A stretch of 52,013 bases of DNA from Microbacteriaceae bacterium (GTDB lineage: Bacteria > Actinomycetota > Actinomycetes > Actinomycetales > Microbacteriaceae). The notes under the pieces were generated by a model. The model was given only the letters and a program-made list of their open reading frames with translations, made no database searches and was not told the DNA's origin. The stretch spans positions 1-52,013 of the forward strand of contig JAODMW010000061.1 in the NCBI GenBank assembly GCA_025464815.1. Direction: 5' to 3'. The position numbers and the translations under genes are program-made. Shown here piece after piece: positions 1 to 9,292 of the stretch; position 1 is the first letter of the stretch; each line of letters opens with the position of its first letter.

Positions 1-109
1 CACCTGCGGCCCGCACGATGTCGTTGACACTCGCGGCGTTGAAACCGCGTTCGAGGAACACCGGGGCGGAACCGGTGACCAGTTGTTCTTTCAAGCTTGC
101 GCGTGCCAT
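1..109 (-). CDS. TetR/AcrR family transcriptional regulator (5' part; runs off window edge)
   Basis: Manual translation MARASLKEQLVTGSAPVFLERGFNAASVNDIVRAAG is a typical TetR N-terminal HTH; not in ORF track because incomplete. Confidence 0.85.
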   Translation of the reverse strand, partial: MARASLKEQLVTGSAPVFLERGFNAASVNDIVRAAG

Positions 110-115
110 GCAGCC

Positions 116-134
116 AGCCTATATGACCAGTCAT
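116..134 (-). promoter_or_regulatory. -10 box (TAGGCT) 6 nt before the TetR ATG plus near-palindrome ATGACCAGTCAT (putative TetR operator)
   Basis: agccta at 116-121; ATGAC-CA-GTCAT at 123-134. Confidence 0.55.
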
Positions 135-385
135 CTTGAGCAGCAAGCTACAAGCTAAGTCCCCTTACCTGGTCTGTCCAGAGAACTCCCGCGAAACCGG
201 TGCGTTGGGATGCGGGATGTCGAAGCCGTGGAACGCCCCGTCTAACCTTGGCTCGCCCGATGTGGACCCGCTCCATGTACGTGATCCTGCAGAACATTGC
301 GATCACGGCCGCAGTCCCTTGGCAGGGCCTCTGTTCTCCAATCAGGGCCCCGTTTCCACTATGGAGATGCCGAGCCCACCCTTCG

Positions 386-1273
386 TTACACGTCCTCTGG
401 GGATAGCGCCGTAATAGCGTCGACCTCGCCCCCATCCAGTCGGATGTCTGCAGCTGCGATGTTTTCCTTGAGGTGCCCGAGGCTAGTTGTACCGGGGATC
501 GGCAACGCGTTCGGGGTGCGGTGCAACTGCCATGCGAGCGCGATCTGCTGCGGGGTCACCTGGTACTTCTCTGCGATCGGATCGATGACGGTGTGGAACG
601 GGACGCCCTCGTCACCCCCGGGGATGGCGCCGGGGTGCCATGGTGAAAACACGAGACCTTTTTCGTCGGCGACCTGCCGCACTGCGGCGCCGAGGCGAAC
701 ACCGACTGCGTAGTGGACGGTAACAGCGGCGATGTCAGTGATCGAAAGGGCGGTGTTGAGCTGTTCCGCGCTGACGTTGGAGAGACCGATGTGGCGAATC
801 AGTCCGTCCTGCTTCATTCCGGCGAGGGTTTCGATGATCTCTTCGAAAGGAGCGTCGGTCATGGTGGGGGTGTGCAGGTAATAGAGGTCGATGCGCCCCA
901 GGCTCAGCCGTCGAAGGCTCATGTATGCGGCCTGGCGGAGGTACGACCGGTTCCCGACGGCGCTCATGTCGCTGTACTGGGGGCCGCCTCGCACGAAACC
1001 GCCTTTCGTGGCGATCACGAGATTCTCCGGATAAGGGTATAGCGCCTCGCGGATCAGTTCTTCGTTGGAGTGCGGTCCGTAGACGTCGGCGGTATCGATG
1101 AAGTTCACACCGTCGTCAACGACCTGCCGGAGCAGGTCGACGCCTTTCGCATGGTCGGGGTATTCGCCCCAGACTTTGGGGCCCGTGAGTTGCATGGCGC
1201 CGTAGCCAATGTTTCCAACGTTCAGGTCGCCGCCGATCGTCACGGTGTTAGAGGGGTCAAACTGCGTGTTCAT
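386..1273 (-). CDS. Aldo/keto reductase
   Basis: GYGAMQL, DTADVYG, ATKGG, DLYYLH, IGLSN and PIPGT motifs; start set at MNTQFD after AAGGA RBS. Confidence 0.93.
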   Translation of the reverse strand: MNTQFDPSNTVTIGGDLNVGNIGYGAMQLTGPKVWGEYPDHAKGVDLLRQVVDDGVNFIDTADVYGPHSNEELIREALYPYPENLVIATKGGFVRGGPQYSDMSAVGNRSYLRQAAYMSLRRLSLGRIDLYYLHTPTMTDAPFEEIIETLAGMKQDGLIRHIGLSNVSAEQLNTALSITDIAAVTVHYAVGVRLGAAVRQVADEKGLVFSPWHPGAIPGGDEGVPFHTVIDPIAEKYQVTPQQIALAWQLHRTPNALPIPGTTSLGHLKENIAAADIRLDGGEVDAITALSPEDV

Positions 1274-1449
1274 GATTTCCTTCGAAGTTCTGGTGAGTGG
1301 ATCAGCGGGCGGTGTAGCCACCGTCGACGGGGAGAGCGATGCCGGTCACGTAGCTCGACTTGTCGGAGCAGAGCCACACAACCGCATCTGCAACCTCGAG
1401 TTCGTACTTCATGGAGAGGAACACTCCTCACACGTATGATGGCGCGTTG

Positions 1450-2238
1450 CTAGTTGGCCGGATGCACGACGGCGACGGCCACGCGACCCCCGTCGACATC
1501 GAGCACTGTCCCGTGTACGAAGGCGGCCTCATCGCTCGCGAGATACACCGCCGCGTGGGCGATAGCGTCGGGGGTACCACTCGCACCATGCGGAGTACCC
1601 CGCATCATGCGCTCCGCAACGCTCGACGGGTGGACAACGGATGTCGCGCCGTCGACGGTCTCGCGCACGACACCAGGAGAAATCGCGTTGACACGCACGC
1701 CCGCCGGACCGAACTCGGCCGCCCAGGAGCGAGTGAGGGTCTCGACGGCCCCCTTCGTCGAACTGTAGAGCGGGCTACTTCCGATCGCGAGCCGCGCAAT
1801 CCACGACCCGAGGTTGATGATCGCGCCGCCTCCGCGAGCGGCCATGATGGGGGCGATCGCGCCAGTGAGGTAAAAGGGAGCCTTCACGTTGACGGCATAG
1901 ACGCGGTCGAAGGTCTCCTCGTCGATGTCGACCGTCGCTCCGGAGGGAAAGATTCCCGCGTTGTTCACGAGGATGTCGATAGGGGCATCGAGGGCATCGA
2001 CTGCTTGGGCGGCCAGTGTACGGGAGGCGAAGGGCGATCCGTCGAGGTCTGCCACCACGAAATCGGCTCGCCCACCCGCCGCACGGATCCCAGCCACGAC
2101 GGCGTCGCCACGCTCACGACTGCGCCCCGAGACGATCACGTGCGCGCCCTCGACGGCGAACGCGACAGCGATCGCGCGACCGATGTTGCTCGTGGAGCCG
2201 GTGACGAGGGCGGTCTTGCCCTCGAGGCGTGTACCCAT
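1450..2238 (-). CDS. SDR family NAD(P)-dependent oxidoreductase
   Basis: TGSTSNIG, NNAG, YSSTK catalytic motif, VDGG. Confidence 0.93.
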   Translation of the reverse strand: MGTRLEGKTALVTGSTSNIGRAIAVAFAVEGAHVIVSGRSRERGDAVVAGIRAAGGRADFVVADLDGSPFASRTLAAQAVDALDAPIDILVNNAGIFPSGATVDIDEETFDRVYAVNVKAPFYLTGAIAPIMAARGGGAIINLGSWIARLAIGSSPLYSSTKGAVETLTRSWAAEFGPAGVRVNAISPGVVRETVDGATSVVHPSSVAERMMRGTPHGASGTPDAIAHAAVYLASDEAAFVHGTVLDVDGGRVAVAVVHPAN

Positions 2239-2300
2239 GCTGATTCCTCTTGCTTAGATGGTTTGCGGTCGAGCCGAGTTCGCGGACCTGCGGCATAAAC

Positions 2301-2348
2301 GGACTGCTCGTCCTCTTCGGTCCCTAACACCATATGGACGTCCCGTCC
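2301..2348. promoter_or_regulatory. Two GGAC-N5-GTCC palindromes, putative TetR operators in the divergent SDR/TetR promoter
   Basis: GGACtgctcGTCC 2301-2313 and GGACgtcccGTCC 2336-2348. Confidence 0.6.
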
Positions 2349-2371
2349 GCTTGTCAATTAGACTCGTGCAA

Positions 2372-2932
2372 ATGACCCCACCCCTGAGCGTCCCAACGCC
2401 ACAGCGCTCCGACGCTCGGCGCAACTACGACGCGCTGCTCGAGGCCGGCCGCATCACCTTCTCCAAAGGCCCCGAGGTGTCGTTCGAGGATGTGGCGCGC
2501 GCCGCGGGCGTCGGCAAAGGCACGCTCTACCGCCATTTCCCCACGCGAGACCACCTCGCGGCCGCCATCATGCAAGACGGCTTCGACCGCCTCGCGGCCA
2601 AGGCGGATGAATTGCTGAATGCGCAGGACCCATGGGCTGCAATGGAGTTCTGGTTGCGCGACTACGACCGCACGCCGATGCGCTATCCGGGCATCAGCGC
2701 ACGGCTGGGCGATGCGCTCGCCGACGACGCTTCCGCGGTGGCTACGGCCTGTCTGCCCATGAAGCTGAGCTTCGCCGAGCTGCTTCGCCGAGCCCAGGGG
2801 GCGGGGGTGGCGCGCGACGACCTCACGCCCACCGAGCTGCTTACCCTCATCAGCGCCCTGCCACAGAAACCCCGCAACTCCGACCGCTCGAGCCCATACC
2901 TCGACCTCATCCTCCGAGGCCTCCGCCCTTAG
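2372..2932 (+). CDS. TetR/AcrR family transcriptional regulator
   Basis: RSDARRNYDALLEA...EDVARAAGVGKGTLYRHFPTR; divergent from SDR; TAGACT -10 at 2359-2364 just upstream of ATG. Confidence 0.93.
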   Translation: MTPPLSVPTPQRSDARRNYDALLEAGRITFSKGPEVSFEDVARAAGVGKGTLYRHFPTRDHLAAAIMQDGFDRLAAKADELLNAQDPWAAMEFWLRDYDRTPMRYPGISARLGDALADDASAVATACLPMKLSFAELLRRAQGAGVARDDLTPTELLTLISALPQKPRNSDRSSPYLDLILRGLRP

Positions 2933-3215
2933 AAACGATCCGCGATCGAGAACAAGGCGCCGGACAGTCGAGAGCGTTCGAGTCGAAGGACCGAGATCGA
3001 ATGCCAGGGGACACACGAAGGGGGCCGCGCCGAGGGTTCGATTTGGCCTCGATTCCTCCTCCTAGAAGGGGTCGCGGGATTGGTCTCGCAGGCGACGTGA
3101 CGCGTAGTCCGTCATAGTGCGACCAACTCCGGCGGTGCCGCCAGCAACGATCGCGGCGACAATGCTCCCGTCGCGTGGAGTGAGACCGTCTCGTGGATAG
3201 AACTCCTCGGCGCGC

Positions 3216-3521
3216 TCAGGCTGACGCGACTTCCAGCGGGTGGACGCGGCCGAGGTCGAGGCGCTGACGAGCGACCCAGAGGTCGTGCGCGTCCTGCATC
3301 GTCAACCAACTCTCCGCGCTGCGCCCCAATGCCTTCGACAGCCTCAGAGCCATCTCTGGCGTCACCCGGCTCGCGCCACTGAGCACCCGGCTGAGCGTCG
3401 ACGCGGCGACGTCCAACTGCGCAGCCAGTTCACGGCCGCTTACCCCGAACGGCTCCAGATACACCTCGGAGATGAACTCACCCGGGTGCGGTGGGTTGTG
3501 CATCGGCTTCAACTCGTCCAT
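3216..3521 (-). CDS. higA: HigA family antitoxin (Xre HTH)
   Basis: MHNPPHPGEFI...LAAQLDVAASTLSRVL...TPEMALRLSKALG-SAESWL-MQ; downstream of toxin; alternative start at 3503. Confidence 0.93.
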   Translation of the reverse strand: MDELKPMHNPPHPGEFISEVYLEPFGVSGRELAAQLDVAASTLSRVLSGASRVTPEMALRLSKALGRSAESWLTMQDAHDLWVARQRLDLGRVHPLEVASA

Positions 3522-3799
3522 TAGTGATAATCCTCGTAATCCAGGACGTGCGCGTTCCCCTCACGGAACTCGAACGTCACTCTCCAGTTGCCATTCACGG
3601 TGATTGACCAACGGCCGGTCATCCCGCCCTTCAGCGGATGCAGCCGGAAGCCGGGAATATCCATGTCATCGATCGCTTGCGCCGAATCGAGCGCCGCGAG
3701 TTGCATACGCAGTCGCTTCGCATGATTCGGTTGCACACCCGCGGCGCTGCCCGCTTCGAATAGCGTGCGCAAGCCCTTGTGTCGGAAGGACTTGATCAC
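3521..3799 (-). CDS. higB: HigB (RelE/ParE superfamily) toxin
   Basis: MIKSFRHKGL...PGFRLHPLKG...WSITVNGNWRVTFEF...DYEDYH; toxin-first gene order. Confidence 0.95.
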   Translation of the reverse strand: MIKSFRHKGLRTLFEAGSAAGVQPNHAKRLRMQLAALDSAQAIDDMDIPGFRLHPLKGGMTGRWSITVNGNWRVTFEFREGNAHVLDYEDYH

Positions 3800-3805
3800 C
3801 GTCTC

Positions 3806-3831
3806 AGTGTAGCATGGTGCGCATCACGCAA
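3806..3831 (-). promoter_or_regulatory. higBA promoter: extended -10 TGcTACACT 6 nt before GTG, overlapped upstream by TGCG-N5-CGCA inverted repeat
   Basis: agtgta 3806-3811; tgcgcatcacgca 3818-3830. Confidence 0.6.
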
Positions 3832-3951
3832 CGTTACGGCTACGGCCGATCCGGTGATGTCGTCGTCGCGGTCCAAGGCAGTCCGCGTGGTCGGTGCGGT
3901 GAAGATCATGAGCGATTTAGACAGCAATTGCGGTACGGCGCGCTAACTCGC

Positions 3952-4009
3952 TTGACGGATGCGACGCGGCCGACATAGAGTCAGAAGAGTTTCGCCTTAA
4001 AACGATTCA
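3952..4009 (+). promoter_or_regulatory. Sigma-70 promoter (TTGACG-18-TAGAGT) with downstream LacI-type operator TAAAACGATTCA
   Basis: -35 at 3952-3957, -10 at 3976-3981, operator 3998-4009, then GAGGAGG RBS before ATG 4040. Confidence 0.7.
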
Positions 4010-4039
4010 ATCGACACTCAACGAGGAGGTTCCCCCGGT

Positions 4040-4847
4040 ATGTCGATGAGCCCCCCCACAACCGGGCAGGCCGTTCTCGAGCTTCGTAACGTCGCCAAGT
4101 CCTTCGGCTCTGCGGTTGCGCTGGCTTCTGCCGACCTGAGGGTGAAGACGGGGTCGATTCACGCCCTCGTGGGAGAGAACGACGCAGGCAAGTCGACCCT
4201 CGTGAAGATCGTCGCTGGACTCTACCAGCGCGACAGCGGCGAACCAGGCGACCGCGGAAGGCATTGCCAAAACGCAGGTCGACCTGATCACCAAGGAGAT
4301 CGGTGACACCGGCGACATCGCGATTCTCTCGGCTGCGGCAAACGCGACCAACCAGAACGCGTGGATCGAGCTTATGAAGAAAGACCTCACGGCCAATCAT
4401 CCGAACGTCAAGCTCATCGACACCGTGTATGGAAACGATGACGACCAGACGTCGTTTGACAAGACGTCGGCGCTTCTGGCCAAGTACCCCACCCTGAAGG
4501 GCATCGTGTCTCCCACCACGGTCGGAATTGCTGCGGCGGCACGCTACCTCTCCACCTCGGAGTTCAAGGGCAAGGTCGCACTGACCGGTCTCCGCACCCC
4601 GGACCAGATGCGCGACTACATCACCGACGGCACCGTCACCGCGTTCGCACTGTGGAATCCGGCCGACCTCGGCTACCTGGCCTCCTACACGGCCAAGGCC
4701 CTGATCGACGGCAAGATCACGGGCAAAGAGGGCGATTCATTCACCGCCGGAAAGCTTGGTGACTTCACGGTAGGCAAGGACGGCACCGTTGTGCTCGGCG
4801 ATCCGTTCACCTTCACGAAGGACAACATCGGCGCCTTCCACTTCTAG
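4040..4847 (+). pseudogene. Deletion-fused remnant of a rhamnose ABC operon: sugar ABC ATPase N-terminus joined out of frame to a RhaS-like binding protein C-terminus
   Basis: 4040-4243 gives [11 protein letters not shown]...[12 protein letters not shown] (Walker A with G>D); from 4242 another frame gives [10 protein letters not shown]...NATNQNAWI...SPTTVGIAAAARY...FALWNPADLGY, RhaS-like. Confidence 0.85.
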
Positions 4848-4879
4848 ATCGCCACGCGAGAGCTGAAAGGTCGACACAG

Positions 4880-7800
4880 GTGACAACCCACGAAGTACCC
4901 GCCCCTGCGCCAGTCAGGCTGCGAGCGGACGCACTCCCGCCATCCACCGCCGGGTCGCGGATGCTCAGCATCATTTCGGTCGATCGGCCGCGCCTGTCGT
5001 GGATGGTGCCTCTCACCCGGACGGGCCAGCAGCAATCCGGCTACCAGGTCGTGGCGTCGTCTCTCGATCACCCGGAAACGAACCCGAACTTCTGGGACAG
5101 CGGCATGGTCGACTCGGCCGAAAACTCCGGCATTGCCTGGGGTGGCAGTCCGATCCCGCCGCACTCCCGCATCTTTTGGACGGTGCGGATTCGGGATGAC
5201 CGCGGAACCGTCTCCGACTGGGCTCCGGTCGTTCCCCTCGACAGCGCGGCGTACACCGTGGCGGACTGGGACGCGGAGTGGATCGCTCCCCCGCCGACTC
5301 ATTCCGCCAGCATCGATGTGCCCGCCACGACCTCGGCAGTTACTTCGGGCCGCGTCTCGATCGCCGGCTGGGGACCGGCGCGGATCTCGGTGAACGGAAC
5401 CGTTGTTGGACCCGACGAACTCGACCCAACCGACTCGTCGCTGATGCGCGCCACCGCGCGAACCTACGACGTGACCGACCTGGTCGCCGCCGCGCGGGGT
5501 CCATTCGCCCTGTCGATCGTCGCCTCGCTCGGCCACTATCGTCTCGTGCTCGATCGCCCACGGGTGCTGGCCGAACTTCGGGTCTCGTGTGCGGACGGCA
5601 CGCAGCTCGTCGTCGGCACCTCCGGCGACTGGACAAGCACTCCGACCGGCCTGGTCGTCGATGAGCCGTTCTACCTCGAAGAGCACGACCCTGGTGCCGT
5701 GCACCCGAACGCCGCGCGTACTCCGCTCGAGGTGGTCGCACCTGACGCCTCACCGGCCTCCCCCTCGATCGTGGTTCCAAACGTCGGCCCGCCGGTGCGA
5801 GTCGTTCGAACGATCAACGGCTCGCTGATCGGGCGACCGGCTCATGGCATCCGCGTATTCGACCTGGGCGAAAACGTCGCCGCACGCGTGGCCCTCACGC
5901 TCGACGGCATGACCGCCGGGCAGCGGATCACCTCGGTTCAGGGCGAGAAGCTCACAGCCGACGGCCGGGTGGACACCACCAATATTCGCCTGCCAGACGA
6001 CAGACATCGCGAGCGGCAGGTCTTCGCCGTGGTGTGCGACTCGGAGCACGTCGAAGCAAGCCCCTGGTTCGCGGTGCACGGCTTCCGCTACGTCGAGGTC
6101 GCGGGACTCGACGACGACTCGATCGCCGGGGTGTCTGCCCGCGTTCTGCATTCCGATGTTGAACAGGTGGGCGAGCTGACGACGAGCGTCGCGGAGCTGG
6201 ATCGCCTGGTCGACTACGCCGTGCGCACCCAGCTCAACAACACGCACGGGCTCCCGGAGGACTGCCCGACCAGAGAACAGGGCGGGTGGACAGGGGACGC
6301 CTCGGTCTCCGCCGAGGCGGCGCTCTCCCACCTCGACCTGGCCGGCGTGTACCGTAACTGGCTCGCGGATGTCGCGCTGGACGCTGGGCCGGATGGCGGC
6401 ATCCTCGGCATCTCGCCACAACTGCAGGGGGCGCTCGGCGAGCAGCCAGCAGACCCCGTCTGGGGCTCGGCCATCACCGAGATCCCGTGGCAGCTCTGGC
6501 GAATCAGCGGAGACACCTGGCAGATCGAACCGCTTCTTCCCGCGATGCGGCGGTGGGCCGACTGGCAACTCGGAACGCTCGTCGACGGGGTGGTCAGGAA
6601 TGCCGCCATCAGTTTCGGCGCCGACTGGCTCGCCCTCGAACAGACGCCCCCCGTGCTCCTTCAGACGGCAGCCGTCGTGGTCTCGCTGCGCGCTCTGGCC
6701 GACCTCGAGGAGGCTGTCGGCGACGCGCAGGCTGCGGCATCGCGTCGGTCGCAGGCAGACGCCGTCGTCGCTTCGGCGAAAGAGCAATTGCGAGATCCCG
6801 TCGAAGGCACCTGGGGTAATGACTCCCAGGGGTCGAGCGCGGTGGCGTTGGTCGCGGGGCTCGCCGACCCGCTGGACATCCCTGGGCTGCAGGCTCGCCT
6901 CCGGGCGGCTGTGCATGTCAGGGGCGATCGGCTCGCGAGCGGATTTGCGGCGACGAAGGCGGTCGTTCGCGCACTCGCCGACGCAGATGGCGGCTCGAGC
7001 CTTCTCGCTGCGGTGCGGCAGCCAGAGCAGCCAGGAATCGGCGCAATGCTCATCGACGGACCAGGTACCTTCTGGGAGACCTGGTGGATCGACAACGAGA
7101 ACGTCGGCGTGGCCTCGCTCGATCACATTGGCCTCGCGGCGCCCTTTGCCGCATGGGTGTGGCGGGATGTCGCAGGCCTTCGCCTGCTCGAACCGGGCTT
7201 CCGACGGTTCACTCTCGACCCGCGGCTGCTCTCGGCCGTCACAAGCTCCAGGTTCAGCCGGGACACGGCACGCGGCACGATCATGGCGTCCTGGCAGCTG
7301 GCCGACGGTGTCTACCGAGCCGAACTCACCGTGCCGGTGGGCAGCATTGCCGAGGTGACGTGTCCTGGCGCAAACGAGGTCGTGCTTGACGGCCAACCCG
7401 CTGCGACGCAGACGGGTAACTCTGGCAGGAGAATCGTCATCGTAGGCTCCGGAGAGCATGCCGTGACTGTCGAATACCACGCGACCGCTGTGGCACCGGC
7501 TGCGGCACGACCGCTCAAGAGGCGTGCGGATGTCGGCGAGGTGTGGCTCTCCGATGGCAATCTCAGCCAGTGGACGCCGGTGGGCGGCGAGGCCACGGTG
7601 TCCGTTGCGAACACCGACGTCGTCTGCACGCCCGTCTTTCACGAGCCCATTGCCGCGCCGACGCTGGACGTCAGCATTCCCGACTTCGCGGCGGGTGAGA
7701 CAGAGTGGCTGGTGCTGGAACAGGACGCGCCCCTCGACCTCTCCGCGGCATCCTTCGCCTTCGCCAGCTTCGATGTGGATAATTCCGGAATCGTCGGGCG

Positions 7801-8071
7801 GGCGGTGCGCATCGTGATGCGACTCACGAGCGTGGACGGCGAGCATCGCGAGGCGGTGGCGAGGCCGCTTCCGATCGCCTGGAATCGCGTGGCCGTCGAG
7901 CTCGACGGCTGGGCCGGGCGATCGAGGGTGGCCGAGGTAATGGTCGGCATCCGCTGGACGGACGAGTTCGATACGGCGCTCGGGCCGCCCGTGCCGCTGC
8001 CGCCGACTCCGCGACAATTCTCCTTCCGTCTCGGTCGCATCGGATGGACCAGCGCGCCACGAACCTGGTGA
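4880..8071 (+). CDS. GH78 alpha-L-rhamnosidase family protein with C-terminal extension
   Basis: PRLSW, WDSG, FDLGEN, HGFRYVEV, EDCPTREQGGWTGDA, TFWETW motifs. Confidence 0.88.
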   Translation: MTTHEVPAPAPVRLRADALPPSTAGSRMLSIISVDRPRLSWMVPLTRTGQQQSGYQVVASSLDHPETNPNFWDSGMVDSAENSGIAWGGSPIPPHSRIFWTVRIRDDRGTVSDWAPVVPLDSAAYTVADWDAEWIAPPPTHSASIDVPATTSAVTSGRVSIAGWGPARISVNGTVVGPDELDPTDSSLMRATARTYDVTDLVAAARGPFALSIVASLGHYRLVLDRPRVLAELRVSCADGTQLVVGTSGDWTSTPTGLVVDEPFYLEEHDPGAVHPNAARTPLEVVAPDASPASPSIVVPNVGPPVRVVRTINGSLIGRPAHGIRVFDLGENVAARVALTLDGMTAGQRITSVQGEKLTADGRVDTTNIRLPDDRHRERQVFAVVCDSEHVEASPWFAVHGFRYVEVAGLDDDSIAGVSARVLHSDVEQVGELTTSVAELDRLVDYAVRTQLNNTHGLPEDCPTREQGGWTGDASVSAEAALSHLDLAGVYRNWLADVALDAGPDGGILGISPQLQGALGEQPADPVWGSAITEIPWQLWRISGDTWQIEPLLPAMRRWADWQLGTLVDGVVRNAAISFGADWLALEQTPPVLLQTAAVVVSLRALADLEEAVGDAQAAASRRSQADAVVASAKEQLRDPVEGTWGNDSQGSSAVALVAGLADPLDIPGLQARLRAAVHVRGDRLASGFAATKAVVRALADADGGSSLLAAVRQPEQPGIGAMLIDGPGTFWETWWIDNENVGVASLDHIGLAAPFAAWVWRDVAGLRLLEPGFRRFTLDPRLLSAVTSSRFSRDTARGTIMASWQLADGVYRAELTVPVGSIAEVTCPGANEVVLDGQPAATQTGNSGRRIVIVGSGEHAVTVEYHATAVAPAAARPLKRRADVGEVWLSDGNLSQWTPVGGEATVSVANTDVVCTPVFHEPIAAPTLDVSIPDFAAGETEWLVLEQDAPLDLSAASFAFASFDVDNSGIVGRAVRIVMRLTSVDGEHREAVARPLPIAWNRVAVELDGWAGRSRVAEVMVGIRWTDEFDTALGPPVPLPPTPRQFSFRLGRIGWTSAPRTW

Positions 8072-8122
8072 TCTCGGCCGCCCCCAGGCCACGATCCACA
8101 ACGTTTCAGAAAGAGGCTTCTC

Positions 8123-9190
8123 ATGAACAGCACCGACCCCGACCGCAGCGCGGAGTTTCTTCGGCTGGGGCTCGCCGCTCCCATGTTCGCCGCTCCCGGC
8201 GTCCCGGCCATGCGCACCCCCAGCCTCGAGAAGCTCGACTGGCCCCAGACGCTCGAAGCCATTCGCTCGGCCGAGGCGCTCGGCTACGACTCTGTCTGGT
8301 TTTCTGACCACCTTTTTCACGGACGCGATGGCGAGTTTCTCGAGAGCTGGACGACGCTCGCCGCGGCCGCAGCCGCGACGATGCGCATCCGACTTGTCAA
8401 CAATCATCTCGGAATCGGCTTTCGGTCGGCGCCGCTCATCGCGAAGATGGCAGCGACCGTCGATGTGATCTCGGATGGACGCTTCGAGCTCTTCGTCTCG
8501 CACGGGATGCGCGAGCGGGAGCACACGAGTTACGGGTTCGACTGGGACCCGGATGTCGACCGCCGGATCGCGAGGCTCGCGGAAGCCACCGACGTTATTC
8601 GCGCGTTGTGGACGGGACAGCCCGTCGATCACGATGGCGACTTCTACCAGCTGCAGGGAGCGCTGAGTACCCCTGTGCCCGCTCACGACGTGCCGATCTG
8701 GCTCGGCGGGCCCCTTAGCGATTCCGCCGTGCGGCTGATCGCAGCGAGTGCGGACGGCTGGAACGCACTGCCCGCCTCCCTCACCGAGTACGCGGCGCAG
8801 GCCGCCCGCATCGACGCGGCGTGCGAGGCGATCGGGCGGGATCCAGCGACGCTCCGGCGCAGCCTCGAGACCCAGGTGCTCGTGCTCGACGATGCGTCTG
8901 AGTGGGACCGGTGGATGACGCGGTGGGCCGAGCTGCGGGAGCGCGCGCCACTCGGGTTCGCGACCTCGGACATGTTCCCGAACGGAACCGCCATCGATGA
9001 TCCCGAGGCGTTCGGTGCGGCCTGCCGTGACAGTTTCATCATCGGCACTCGGGACGAGGTCGCGGCCAAGCTCGCAGCCTTCCGCGCACTCGGCGTCGAC
9101 GAGGTCGTCTGCTGGTTCATGGACTGGCCTCTGGGGGATTCGCTGCGAATCCTGGCCGAGGATGTTCGGCCGATGCTGTCTTGCCAATGA
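8123..9190 (+). CDS. LLM class (luciferase-like) flavin/F420-dependent oxidoreductase
   Basis: AEALGYDSVWFSDH, ESWTTLAA, LIAKMAATVDVISDGRFEL, PIWLGG, ADGWN. Confidence 0.9.
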   Translation: MNSTDPDRSAEFLRLGLAAPMFAAPGVPAMRTPSLEKLDWPQTLEAIRSAEALGYDSVWFSDHLFHGRDGEFLESWTTLAAAAAATMRIRLVNNHLGIGFRSAPLIAKMAATVDVISDGRFELFVSHGMREREHTSYGFDWDPDVDRRIARLAEATDVIRALWTGQPVDHDGDFYQLQGALSTPVPAHDVPIWLGGPLSDSAVRLIAASADGWNALPASLTEYAAQAARIDAACEAIGRDPATLRRSLETQVLVLDDASEWDRWMTRWAELRERAPLGFATSDMFPNGTAIDDPEAFGAACRDSFIIGTRDEVAAKLAAFRALGVDEVVCWFMDWPLGDSLRILAEDVRPMLSCQ

Positions 9191-9238
9191 CGTTCGGCCG
9201 ACAATGTCTGGCCGATAATCAATCTTCCGTAGCAAAAT

Positions 9239-9250
9239 CGAAACGTTTCA
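9239..9250. promoter_or_regulatory. LacI-type operator CGAAACGTTTCA
   Basis: Perfect GAAACGTTTC palindrome in the intergenic gap before the oxidoreductase operon. Confidence 0.7.
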
Positions 9251-9292
9251 GATACCATGACTGCATCATCGATATTCGCAAGGAGGCGTTCG

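Noticed and set aside
136-385. Short ORFs or IS remnant between TetR and aldo/keto reductase
   Set aside because: No transposase motif or terminal inverted repeat recognised.
2933-3215. Possible gene fragment downstream of higA
   Set aside because: Short open frames without a start or recognisable family.
5750-9235. 1161-aa minus-strand ORF and many other long antisense or alternative-frame ORFs
   Set aside because: Shadow frames of well-supported high-GC genes; no motifs, Arg/Pro-rich composition.
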